This document shows, in pieces, positions 28,801 to 39,945 of a stretch of DNA of 64,000 nt (positions are counted from its first letter, which is position 1; each line of letters starts with the position of its first letter). The stretch is taken from positions 15,872,001 to 15,936,000 of the forward strand of contig OX442314.1 in NCBI GenBank assembly GCA_949358305.1, in the 5' to 3' direction. The notes under the pieces were generated by a model, which worked only from the letters and a program-made list of their open reading frames with translations, did not search any database and was not told the DNA's origin. The position numbers and the translations under genes are program-made. The DNA comes from Strigamia acuminata. Lineage: Eukaryota.

Positions 28801-30131
28801 ATTCGAAACTGTTACAAATCGTGAAAAACACGTTGAAAAATATGAAAACAAAACTCTCTACTTTTTCTTTGAGTAACCAGTCCAAAGTTTTGATTCCATT
28901 GATCGAAGAGATTTTACCAACTCTCGAATCGACATCAGATTTAACGAGATTAAATTGCCAAAATGTTGTGTGGACTTGGGCCGAAAATGTTCACAACAAC
29001 GAGAACACGAGAGACCAAATATGGTCATTTTATACCTCGATCCTTTGTAAACAGAGAGGTTTTTATTTTAATGATATCAAATGTATAAACACGGCGCTAA
29101 ATAAAGAAACTGAAATGAGATCTTTACACTACGAAGTGACGAAGCACAACGCTTATCACTCGGAAATTCTATGCAATTTACTGCAAACTAGTCAATTAGA
29201 GGTGCTAAGTCTAACTTTATTAGACAAATCGTCGTTGCAAATTTTGCACGATATTAGTCCACACCTAGCTTCACTCAAATCGTTAAATTTGACAAATAAC
29301 GCGAAGAATATTGTCGATGTTGATTTATTCATGGACAAAATAACGTTTCCTTTACCCAGGAAGGCTGGATGGCACAGTCTGGTTTTGTTCGACATTAAAT
29401 TGAAACACCATCAAATCGGTGTTCGAGTTTATCATTTGTGCGTCCGAAATTCGGAGCCCGAGACTGTGAGCGCTGTGTCATCGATCGACGTGTCTTTGTT
29501 ACAATGCACGGCGGATCTGTTGTTTAAGTTGCACAATCTCGATTGCAATTGGGCGGGATTCGAATCGGTCGTTGAACTGGGTTTAATGTTAGACAAGCAC
29601 GAAGTTGCGCAGTCCTATGCATTTTGGACAATGGTCGGCTCGTTTAAGCAGCTGCAATTTTTAGAAATTGCTTTTCCAGCTCCACCCATGACTGGGGTTG
29701 GGGAAATTATTAAATGCATTTTTATATTGCCAATTAATCACGTTCTTTTTTCCTACGTCGAGTGGGATTTGGATCTGTTGAGCAAACTTATTTCTTCCTT
29801 GAACCAGAATTTGTCTTTCAATGTTAACGTTAAAACGATTTCTTTGTTGACGCATTTAGATGGGCAAGATACGAGCAAAGTTGGGGTTATTAGGGATCAT
29901 GTAGAGACATTATTGCAACTGTTAAAGCAAGGCCAGTTTGAAAGGTTGCAGATTATTTGTTCTAAATCAAGGTTTTGGCCGTCACTTATGGAGAGACAAA
30001 TGATTGACCCTGTTTTGTTCAGAATCGAGCATTGTTTGTGGGGTAATAACAAGGAAGATCCAGAGACTTACAAAATTTTGCATACTGATTTTCATGCGAT
30101 GTATAACAACTTTACTATTCAGCTAATCTAA
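25860..30131 (+). CDS. NACHT-domain (STAND/NLR-like) protein; probable exons 25860-25869, 25940-25984, 26042-26125, 27067-30131
   Basis: Walker A SQPNCGKT, Walker B FVLDGLDK, sensor-1 VVVTCR, winged-helix FVFPHSPMSELMAAVY, Leu-rich C-terminus. The three small 5' exons join in phase 1 but are less certain. Confidence 0.8.
26539..26976. mobile_element. Non-autonomous TIR element (MITE), 438 bp, in a NACHT gene intron
   Basis: Perfect 15-bp TIR GGTGCATTCCAAAAC...GTTTTGGAATGCACC, TA on both sides, subterminal inverted CCGTGTCGT/ACGACACGG. Confidence 0.85.
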
Positions 30132-31082
30132 ATTTGATGGTGATTGCTGCAATTGTGAATGTGCCTTTAATGACATTGCTATACATATTGTTATAAAAGT
30201 CAAATTTATTTTTTGTTTGCTTGTTTGCAATTGCCATGTTTATTTTTGTATTTAAAAAGCATAGAACTGCTGTAACTGCAGTGCATGTCATTTTGTCTTG
30301 GTTGTAAAGAATGATTGTACATTTTGCAAAAATTTGTGTAGCTTTATTTTGTGTGTTCTATTCTAACAATTTAACATTAAATGTTCGAATCATGTATTTT
30401 ATTAAATCGTTATTTAACCTGTTGTTATAAAAATCCCTTTTATTTTGATATTTGTTGATCCTTTGATCAGCCAATCAGGAATTTCCTAATGACGAATATT
30501 TAAAAGCAAAGAACACTTATATGTATGCACTTAAGATGTAACTTTTTTAATTGCATGTAATACAATTAATAAAACAGATTATATACTTTTGGCTTTCAAA
30601 CTTAGAAATTTAATTTATTTGAAATAAGAAAACAATTACTGATAAGCTTTTTGGTACTAAATAACACTTATCATGTTGTAATACTTATCGTACTGTACAA
30701 TATACAGTCCATACTGACCACCAACTTCAATTATGGTTCTCCCAGTTGACAGTGCGAATACAGGGTTGGGTCCTTAAGAAAGTCGTCCCACAAATTGCAA
30801 AAATGGAGGTTATTATTATCAATCCAATCAATATTATTGCTGAATAAATCTCAGATAATATTTACAACAGCAGGCAATACATTTAAGAATGTGTCACTGG
30901 GCGGCGTTTATAACAATGAAATTTCCAGGATTCCTTACATAAGCAAATCGTCGCCATATTCTCCATAATTTCAAAATTTTGAGTATTTATAACCCCCTCT
31001 TCACGATAAAGTAAATTAATACCATATGTTTTAACAAAAGGTATTTTTATTTAAAAAAAAAAAGTAATAAGAAAGAGTTGCT

Positions 31083-31454
31083 ATGTCCTCAAATTCCTCA
31101 TCTGTCATCAGACCTAACAAAACACGACTTGAAATTCTGGCTCAACCAAAGAAACAGAGGACTATAAAATATAAGCCTATGGTTTATAGGTCCGAACTTG
31201 CAAGTACAGCGTTCAGAAAAAATGAAGCCATGAATTCCTTCGTTAAGAAGACTCGTGGGGTTGCGATCGAGCATCCGCCAATCAGAGTTGCGAAAAGCAA
31301 GAAGCAAATGCACTGCGACAGATGTGGGTCGGAAGTATCTTACATGGCACCTCGAGATAACCGAGCATCAATTTTAAGACTACGGAACGTGAAAGTGAAA
31401 AAAGAGTTGCCCGATTGGCTTATTGTGCATCCTGGAGATTGGAACTGGTGTTAA
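31083..31454 (+). CDS. Small basic protein of unknown function, copy A (123 aa)
   Basis: ATG-initiated ORF conserved in copy B with an in-frame 9-nt indel; RLEILAQPK motif, CDRC and HPGDWxWC. Confidence 0.6.
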   Translation: MSSNSSSVIRPNKTRLEILAQPKKQRTIKYKPMVYRSELASTAFRKNEAMNSFVKKTRGVAIEHPPIRVAKSKKQMHCDRCGSEVSYMAPRDNRASILRLRNVKVKKELPDWLIVHPGDWNWC

Positions 31455-32224
31455 AGTTCCCCATTGAATCATACGGACATAAAATCGTAGAGTTGCAGAG
31501 GGGGATAAAGCAAGAAAATACAAGCAAATACAAGAAAATCTAAAAAAAATACACGAAATACAAGTAATACAAGAAATTCAAGAAAATATAAGAAATACGA
31601 GAAACTTTTCTTTACTGAAAACTTTAATTAACTGGTTGAAAAATAATTTTCTAAAAAATCTAACTTAAACATTCTAATAGTTTTATTAAAAGTTTTATTT
31701 TTTTTTTACTTTTGTTATGATAAGATAAATAAATTTTGCAAAATATCCTTTATAGGGTCAATATGGTTTGTTTCATTTCTGACGAACGAGGAAATGTCTT
31801 AAGGAAACTAACACTTCTTAATTATTCGAACTTGTAAGACATTTTTGATTTTACGTTTAATTATACATAACGTTTACTTAAATTTTAAAATTGCAAATAA
31901 TTTTGACTATCAAAACAAAATCTGTTTTTTTTTTGTTAAAAAGTTTGTTTGGATTAATTTCTTGACTTTGATTCGTGATTTGTTCCAACGGAAAATAAGG
32001 GATAGGGTGTATTAAGAATTGACAAAAGGATATTCCCTTAAGAATGTCAACAAAAAACAGGAAGCATCAACGACAGACATATATATATATAGATGAAACT
32101 TTAAGAGTGGAACCACTGTGATTTTTGGATTGTACAAACTAGGTATAATACATTTAAATTTATTAGATTTATTACAAATACTTCTTTCTTCTAGCTTTAC
32201 AGGTGAAATTCAATTCAATTTATT

Positions 32225-33273
32225 ATGCAGTGGGTGTTGACAGTTTTAACGATAGTAGTTTATGTCGTCCAAGTTACAACAAATGGTAATTATTGTCTTA
32301 TAACCATGTCCCGTGCTAGTAGTGTGTAACTTTTTTCTTAGAGGAAGAACCACAGGCTTTAGATTTGGATTATGCTAACCAGCTGTATCCTGATGATAAA
32401 GATGACGACGAAAGTCTCCCTGAAGACGCAGGCTTTTGTAAGAACTATAAATTGTATAGCTTGGGCGAAATGCTAATGAAGTATGAAAATCTGATTGTTA
32501 CTGTTAAATTAATCCTGGCTCGATAGATCTACTTGTATAGTGTTCTATTTTTAGCATTTAGCATTGTGTTTATTTGTAAATTGCGTTTTCCTTTGAATCC
32601 AGCATTTAGCATTTTAACACTTTAAAAGTAGAAGGGTTTTTATTCAATTCGATTCAAATCTTAGTTGATGTTCTATTCTATCTAACATTCACTAAACTAG
32701 GTCGTAGCCCAGTGGATTATTTCTAAAAGTAATACAATAATAAAACGTTCCTAATTGGCAAAAGATTTTGTACTTACGAAAATTGCGCGTTTTTCTTGAA
32801 TTTCAATCTCCAAACCACACTATCACATAAAAGAACTTATTCACACACACATTGCTATAGTTTTGAATGTTCAGCGTGCGGTGATGCTTTTTGGGGTTTG
32901 TGGAACTTGTGGTGCCTTGAGGGATAGTTTAGAGCATTAATTATTATTTTTTCTCATTACTATTATTTATTTATTTTTAGTAACAAAAGCATGGTGTAGA
33001 ATACGATGTTTCGGAAGCAAATGCTGTGGAAAAGGAGCTTGTCAATGCCAGAAATTGACTGACGAAAACAAGAATTTAGCGCCAAACTCAGGATCCTTCG
33101 GATCTCAGCCAGGATATATGGGACCGCAGCCGGGGCATAGGGGATCTCGGCCGGGACGTGTGGAACCTCGACCTAGGTATATGGGACCTCGCCCGGGGTT
33201 TATGGGACCTCCGCCACACCTTCGTGGGCGTATGGGCCCCCATTGGAAGCCCTGGGTGGTTGAAGGTCGCTAA
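32225..33273 (+). CDS. Secreted Cys-rich plus Pro/Gly-rich peptide precursor, copy A (171 aa; exons 32225-32285, 32342-32437, 32861-32926, 32981-33273)
   Basis: All junctions GT-AG phase 1. Translation: MQWVLTVLTIVVYVVQVTTN / EEEPQALDLDY...DAGFFLNVQR / AVMLFGVCGTCGALRDITKAWCRIRCFGSKCCGKGACQC / Pro-Gly tail ending EGR. Confidence 0.75.
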
Positions 33274-33485
33274 AATAAATGTGGCAAACAATTTTACAAA
33301 ACTTAATTCCTGTTTTTGTTTGAAAATAATAATAATAATCTTGGAAATATAATCGGGCAAATATATATACATATATTTATTTTCTTAAAAAAATAATAGT
33401 GTAGTAATGTATGAACATCAGAAAATGCAGCAGATGTTAATTGTATTTAGGCTGGATAAAATTAATAAATGAAATAGATTGAATG

Positions 33486-36400
33486 GTGGAGTCGCCTCTA
33501 ATTGTGGAATCGCATCTAATTGGTGTGGAATCGCCTCTAATTTTGGTGTGGTCAACGGTATCATTTCCACGGCAACATCTGTTTCAATGTAACGTCTAAC
33601 ATGGGTGATGTTCCGCTTCAAAATTCTCCCATCTGGTGTTTTCAAAACAATGCAGTTTTTCTTCTTATTTAAAACTGTCATTATTTCCTCATGAAATGCT
33701 GTGTCAAGTTTATGTTTTCGAATCTTTGACAACAAAACCTTGTCTCCAATCCGAATACTGCTCTGTTCCGATTTTCGAACTCGATCCGCATACAATTTCA
33801 ATTTTTCTTTTTCTGCGTCGTCTTTTGCTCGAACGGCGTTAAATAATCTCCCTCTTTCCGTCTTCGAGATCTGCGGCAATTTTGTTCGCATCATTCGTCC
33901 TGTCATCAGCTGGTATGGTGCCTTCCTTGTTGTTCGATGCTCGGTGCATCTGTCCGATTGTAGAAATTCACCGAGGGCAGATTTCCAGTTTTTTCCTTCT
34001 ATTTGCGCAGCACGAAATGCCTTGACAAATGATTTGTTCAGTCTTTCAACAGTGCCGTTGGCCTGGGGCCAATACGGCGTGACACGGCGATGACTAATGC
34101 CACATTCTTCAAGAAATAATCGAAATTGCTCCGACACGAACTGTGGTCCGTTGTCGGACACGATCGTTTCTGGAATTCCCCAGCAATCGAATACGTCGCG
34201 CAACCATGCAACTATTTGCTCCGCTTTTGTTGACTTCATGATTTTGGCCTCTGGCCATCTGGAGAAATAATCCACGACTACGACGACTGAATTCCCGTCG
34301 AGGAATGGCCCGCAAATATCGATTGCGATGTCCCTCCAGGGTCCCTTGGGCAACGGCGTATTTATCACTGGTTCTGACCATTCTGTCTTCCCTCCAAACT
34401 GACTTGCTCGACATCCACGAATGACTTTTTCGACATCTTCATCAATATTAGGCCACCAGACCTTTTCACGGAGTCGCTGCTTCGTACGGACAATTCTCTG
34501 ATGGCCTTGGTGGGCCAATAGATTAACTTTGGTCCGCAAGCTCTTCGGGACGACAATCCTCGTTCCGCTCAGCAACACTCCCTTTGAAAACGCCAATTCA
34601 TGTCGCATGGTCTCGAAACGGCTCAAAACCGCCGGAAATCGTTTTCCTTCATCGATACACCTCTTCAAATCTCGAATCTCCTCATCCGCCGCTGACATTC
34701 GCTCTATCTCCATCAATGTCATTGCCTTTGGTATCGCATTTGCGAGTACGAAATGCACATGGCGCTCACTTTTCCCGACAAATCCTTTTCCTTCGTCCAG
34801 GGGTAACATTCTGGAAAGTGCATCAGCTATATTCGATGCTCCCGGCTTATGACGAATTCTAAATTCAAAGGGTTGTAGGCGGAGCACCCATCGTTCAATT
34901 CGTGCGGATGGCTTCGAACGGGTCGAGTAGATGACCTCGAGTGCCTTGTGGTCTGTAATGAGCTGAAATTGATTTCCAATTAGAAAAATTCTAAATTTTT
35001 CACAGCCCCAAACGACTGCAAGGGCTTCTCGTTCTGTTTGCGAGCATTTTTGCTCGACACCCGACAACGTCCGGCTCGCGTAAGCGATAGGCTTTTTGTT
35101 TCCATCTGGTTGTCGCTGGACAAGCACGGCGCCAAGTCCGACTGGCGACGTGTCCACGAGCTGCGTCTCTGCGCCCTTTTTAAAGAACGCCAATGTCTCG
35201 GCGGCGCACATTGCTGTCTTCAAACGTTCGAAAGCTCTTTGCTGCTTTTCACCCCATCGAAAAACGTTCTCTTTCCTTGCGACTTCACGCAATGGCTCAG
35301 CAGTTGTCGCAAAATTTGGTATGTAACGCGCACAGAAGTTGACAAGACCAAGGAAACTTCTCACCTTGGTTTTATTCTTTGGTGGTACTGTCTGTTTAAC
35401 TGCCAAAACCTTTTGCTCGGCAATGGAAATCCCATTTCTAGAAATCACATGGCCGAGAAAATCCAATCGATCCAATCCGAACCGACACTTCTTCAAATTA
35501 AGCGTTAGTCCATTATCGCTCAAAACCTGCAAAATTTTCTTCAACCGTTGGTCATGTTCCTATACGGTCCTTCCATGGATAATAATGTCATCAAGACTAT
35601 TCTTGGCGCCATCGCAGCCTTCCAACAATGTCTGTATGATACGTTGGTATTCCTCGGGGGCTGACGCCACACCGAAGAACAACCGTTTGTACCTAAACAA
35701 TCCCCTGTGCGTCACAAAAACTGTGTATTTTCGAGATGATTCTCGCAACGGGATCTGAAGGTATCCCCAACGGCAATCCAATTTCGTTATTACTTCTGCA
35801 CCGTCAATTTCCTCCAGGATCTCTGCGATCGTCGGCAGTGGATGTCGGCACCGTTTCATGGCCTCGTTGACGGCCCGCATATCGAGGCAGATCCGCACTG
35901 ACCCGTCTGGTTTTGCAACCGGAACCATGGGCGAAACCCTCTCTGTTGGGCCGCTTATGGGTTCTATTATATCCTGTTTCAAAAAAATGTCAATCTCTTC
36001 ATCAACTTTCTTACGGATATTAAACGGAATTCGTCGCACCGCCTGTGCGACCGGCTTCACCGTCGGGTTCATATACAGATCCAGCTCGAAATTCTTAAGT
36101 TTGCCGATTTCATTAAACATCTCTTCGTGTGGAATAATCATTTGCGCCAATTCGTCTCTCAAAGCATCCATTGCTGCCCTAAATGTTGACTCGTCCTTCA
36201 CTGCACGCACGTCTTCCTTTTTAAACTTTACAAGTTCCAAATCTTCTGACGTGGTTTTTCCTAACAATGAAACATTTCCCGAAGGCACAACAATAAACTT
36301 GGCTTTTACTTTCCTATCTCGTGTCCGAATTACGGCGTCAAACTGTCCACTAGTTTCCAACGGTCTCGAGCATCCATACGAGAAAATCTTCATCGCGGTT

Positions 36401-38219
36401 GGTTACAACTCCAATCCTTGTTTTTTCAAAATTTTTCACGTGTTGGTGACCTTGGTGTCAATTAAATTGACTGACGAGCCCGAATCAACCAGTACACGCA
36501 CGTGTCGGTCCTCGATCCGTACCTGCACACAGTCTTTAGTCATAATTGAATTGATATTAAAACAATACTCATCCTCGCTGTGTTCATTCACGCCCAGTGT
36601 TGGGCACGGTACCCCCAACGAGTACCGCGGTACAAGTACGCGGTACTTGCGCCGGCGGTGAAAAGTATCGCGGTCCCGGTACGCGGTACCTAGTGCGGTA
36701 CCGCGGTACCGGTATGCGGTATAAGCAGCTTCCGCAAAAAGTACCGCGGTCCCGGTACAGTACCGGTACCGGGATTTTGCGGTACTCTTGCGGTACTTGG
36801 GAAAACGCGAGAAAACACGAGATTCTCGTGGATTCTCGTGTTTTCTCCCGTTTTCCACTTTTTTTTAAAAGTTGATGTTTACACTCATTTAAAATGAGTA
36901 TAAACATCAATAACCATTAAAATCGCATTAAAAGCTTATTAATAATAAACTTTTAATGTGATTTTGCCACTCGTCTGCCACCCGAACACCGAACAAATTA
37001 ACGGGCGGGCGGACGGGTCTTCGGGCAGGGCGGGCGTTTTACCTTGTGCCAGTTCGAATCGTAACGTCTCAACGACGTTACGATTTTAGACAACTTTAAC
37101 GTGGAAAACGGGATAAAACACGTGAATCTCGTGTTTTCTCGCGTTTTCCCGAATACCGCGAGAGTACCGCAGGACGCCGAAAGTACCGCGGTACAAGTAT
37201 CCGATACTACCGGAGACTGCAAGAAGTACCGCGGTACCGGTACTCAGCTTGAACAAAAGTACCGCGGTACAGGCTGCGGTACTGTACCGGTACCGGCGGT
37301 ACTGGTAACGCCGGTACCGGTACTGTACCGTGCCCAACACTGTTCACGCCAACGAATTGTACTCGATCCGTCCCTCGACCTCGTCCTCTTCCGTTTCTCA
37401 ATCGACACACCTTCACAAAGTGCCCCTTTTTATGGCAAAAAGAGCACTCTTTATCTTTTGCAATGGTGCAATCGTTTGCGAAATTTCCGGGTCGTCCACA
37501 GCGAAAACACTCGAGATTTCCTTTTGATCTGCCATCCTGTTTTTCCTCTGCTTGTGTCGGCTTTTCCCCACTTTTCCAGAATTTTCCACGTCCTTTTGGT
37601 TTTCCACGTCTTCGAAAATTCCCTTTTTCACCAACAATTCTATTTACCAATTCCTCCTTCGACGTTTTGCCACTGAAATCTTTCTCGATCACGTCGGCTT
37701 GACGTTCACTCGCCTCAGCCGCACGCGTGAGTGTTAACAATTTTACCAAAGTTAACGCCTCTTCTCGCAACAAACGACGACGAAGGACTTTGTCCCGTCC
37801 TTTATCTAGAACCTGGTCAACAATCATGTCCTCCTCCAACTGGGCAAATTCACAATTGCTTAACGCCGCTTTCAATCTTGTAACATAGGCGTCCATGGCT
37901 TCCGTAGATTCCTGCACTATTTGGCGAAACACATGTCTCTCGTAACAAAGGTTCTTTTTTGGCGAAAAATACGCACTCAACGCTGCAGTCGCTGTGGCAT
38001 AATCCGCACGTTCCTCCTTCGTAAACGTTGCAAAGATCTTTTGTACCTCTGGGCCAGTCAAATGAAGCAACATATGGCTTTCTTCTGAGCGTTGGCCTTC
38101 ACGTCTGCTGCAACCAGGTAGTAACCAAATGACTCAGTCCACATTTTCCAATGCTGATCCAGATTTCCTTCCGACATTTCAAATCGCCCGATCGTCGGCA
38201 AGTTGAAATTTGCGGCCAT
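33486..38219 (-). pseudogene. gag-pol polyprotein pseudogene
   Basis: ATG 38219; frameshift near 38075; MITE insertion; in-frame stops at 36436, about 36405 and 35560. Confidence 0.9.
36595..37342. mobile_element. hAT-type MITE, copy 1 (748 bp), nested in gag-protease
   Basis: 18-bp TIR CAGTGTTGGGCACGGTAC; 8-bp TSD TTCACGCC at 36587-36594 and 37343-37350. Confidence 0.95.
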
Positions 38220-38351
38220 TTTCAAAAACAGTTCCCTTCGTGATTTCGTACAAATTCACCTGCAAACAGGTAGCTAAGCTATCCAAAATGACTTGCACAC
38301 ACAAATGTTCTTGGATGGTTAATCTTCGCGCAAATACTGGTGGATTACGAA

Positions 38352-38365
38352 CATCCTCGTCGCCA
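38352..38365 (-). promoter_or_regulatory. Primer-binding site TGGCGACGAGGATG
   Basis: 2 nt inside the LTR; complementary to the 3' end (CATCCTCGTCGCCA) that I recall for animal tRNA-Ser(GCU). Confidence 0.8.
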
Positions 38366-38367
38366 TT

Positions 38368-38523
38368 TGTCATACTGCTGCATAAATAAATAGACTCGAA
38401 AGTAGGATGTATAAGAGTGACTGTTTATTCACTGTGCTCAGGCTTATAACACCTGGCGGCACATGACTTTGAACACAACGCCATCTAGTGGCCAATTACA
38501 TAAATGCACATGTAAACACGACA
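38368..38523 (-). repeat. 5' LTR, 156 bp
   Basis: TGTC...GACA termini, internal TATAA and AATAAA on the minus strand, followed by the PBS. Confidence 0.85.
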
Positions 38524-38679
38524 CCAGGATTCCTTACATAAGCAAATCGTCGCCATATTCTCCATAATTACAAAATTTTGAGTATTTATAACCCCCTCTT
38601 CACTTTAAAGGAAATAAATACCATATGTTTTAACAAAAGGTATTTTTATTTTAAAAAAAAGTAATGAGAAAGAGTTGCT

Positions 38680-39042
38680 ATGTCCTCATCTGTCATCAGA
38701 CCTAACAAAACACGACTTGAAATTCTGGCTCAACCAAAGAAACAGAGGACTATAAAGTATAAGTCTATAGTTTATAGGTCCGAACTTGCAAGTACAGCGT
38801 TCAGAAAAAATGAAGCCATGAATTCCTTCGTTAAGAAAACTCGTGGGGTTGCGATCGAGCATCCGCCAATCAGAGTTGTGAAAAGCAAGAAGCAAATGCA
38901 CTGCGACAGATGTGGGGAAGAAGTATCTTACATGGCACCTCGAGATAACCGAGCATCAATTTTAAGACTACGGAACGTGAAAGTGAAAAAAGAGTTGCCC
39001 GATTGGCTTATTGTGCATCCTGGAGATTGGAAATGGTGTTAA
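38680..39042 (+). CDS. Small basic protein of unknown function, copy B (120 aa)
   Basis: Paralogue of 31083-31454, frame intact. Confidence 0.6.
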   Translation: MSSSVIRPNKTRLEILAQPKKQRTIKYKSIVYRSELASTAFRKNEAMNSFVKKTRGVAIEHPPIRVVKSKKQMHCDRCGEEVSYMAPRDNRASILRLRNVKVKKELPDWLIVHPGDWKWC

Positions 39043-39093
39043 AGTTCCCCATTGGGACGTAAAATCGAAGAGAGTTGCAGAGGGGAATAATGG

Positions 39094-39332
39094 CAAGAAA
39101 ATACAAGAAAATACAAGAAAATACATGAAGTACAAGAAAATCTAAAAAAAATACAAGAAATACAAGAAAATACAAGAAAATCTAAAAAAAATACAAGAAA
39201 ATCTAAAAAAAATACAAGAAAATCTAAAAAAAATACAAGAAAATCTAAAAAAAATACAAGAAAATCTAAAAAAAATACAAGAAAATCTAAAAAAATACAA
39301 GAAATACAAGAAAATACAAGAAATACGAGAAA
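39094..39332 (+). repeat. A-rich tandem array of (A)AAATACAAG and 21-bp AAAATCTAAAAAAAATACAAG units
   Basis: Expanded relative to the shorter array in copy A (about 31511-31603). Confidence 0.9.
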
Positions 39333-39945
39333 CTTTTCTTTACTGAAAACTTTAATTAACTGGTTGAAAAATAATTTTCTAAATAATCTAACCTAAACAT
39401 TCTAATAGTTTTATTAAAAGTTTTATTTTTTTTTTACTTTTGTTATGATAAGATAAATAAATTTTGCAAAATATCCTTTATAAGGTCAATATTGTTTGTT
39501 TCGTTTCTGACGAACGAGGAAACTAACACTTCTTAATTATTCGAACTTGTAAGACATTTTTAATTTTATGTTTAATTATACATAACATTTACTTAAATTT
39601 TAAAATTGCAAATAATTTTGACTATCAAAACAAAATCTGTTTTTTTTTTGTTAAAAAGGTTGTCTTGATTAATTTCTTGATTTTGATTTGTGATGTGTTC
39701 CAACGGAAAATAACGGATAGGGTGTATTAAGAATTGACAAAAGGATATTCTCTTAAGAATGTCAACAAAAAACAGGAAGCATCAACGACAGACATATATA
39801 TATGGATGAAACTTTAAGACTGGAACCACTGTGATTTTTGGATGGTACAAACTAGGTATAATACATTAATACATTTAAATTTATTAGATTTATTGCAAAT
39901 ACTTCTTTCTTCTAGCTTTACAAGTGAAATTCAATTCAATTTATT

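Larger units (their letters stand above)
30925..33485 (+). repeat. Segmental direct repeat, copy A (about 2.56 kb)
   Basis: Colinear and near-identical with 38524-41976 from ccaggattccttacat to ttgaatg. Confidence 0.95.
33486..38523 (-). mobile_element. Ty3/gypsy LTR retrotransposon (Mag-like), decayed, 3' LTR missing
   Basis: Order gag (two CCHC-type knuckles), protease (VDSG), RT (SLDD), RNase H, integrase (DDE core), with 5' LTR and PBS. Truncated at the copy A boundary. Confidence 0.95.

Noticed and set aside
30759..30800. TACAGGGTTGG as a Tc1/mariner terminus
   Set aside because: No partner inverted end found.
35560..35562. In-frame TAG as programmed readthrough
   Set aside because: It lies inside the RT domain of an element with other stops and a frameshift, so decay is the simpler explanation.
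33636..36661. Long plus-strand ORFs (up to 267 aa)
   Set aside because: Antisense shadows of pol; the same applies to 21247-21768 opposite the MGME1 paralogue.
36595..37342. Palindromic GTACCGCGGTAC clusters as a CRISPR array, and the many ORFs over them
   Set aside because: No regular repeat-spacer period and no cas genes; they are MITE subterminal motifs, and the ORFs come from stop-poor GC-rich sequence.
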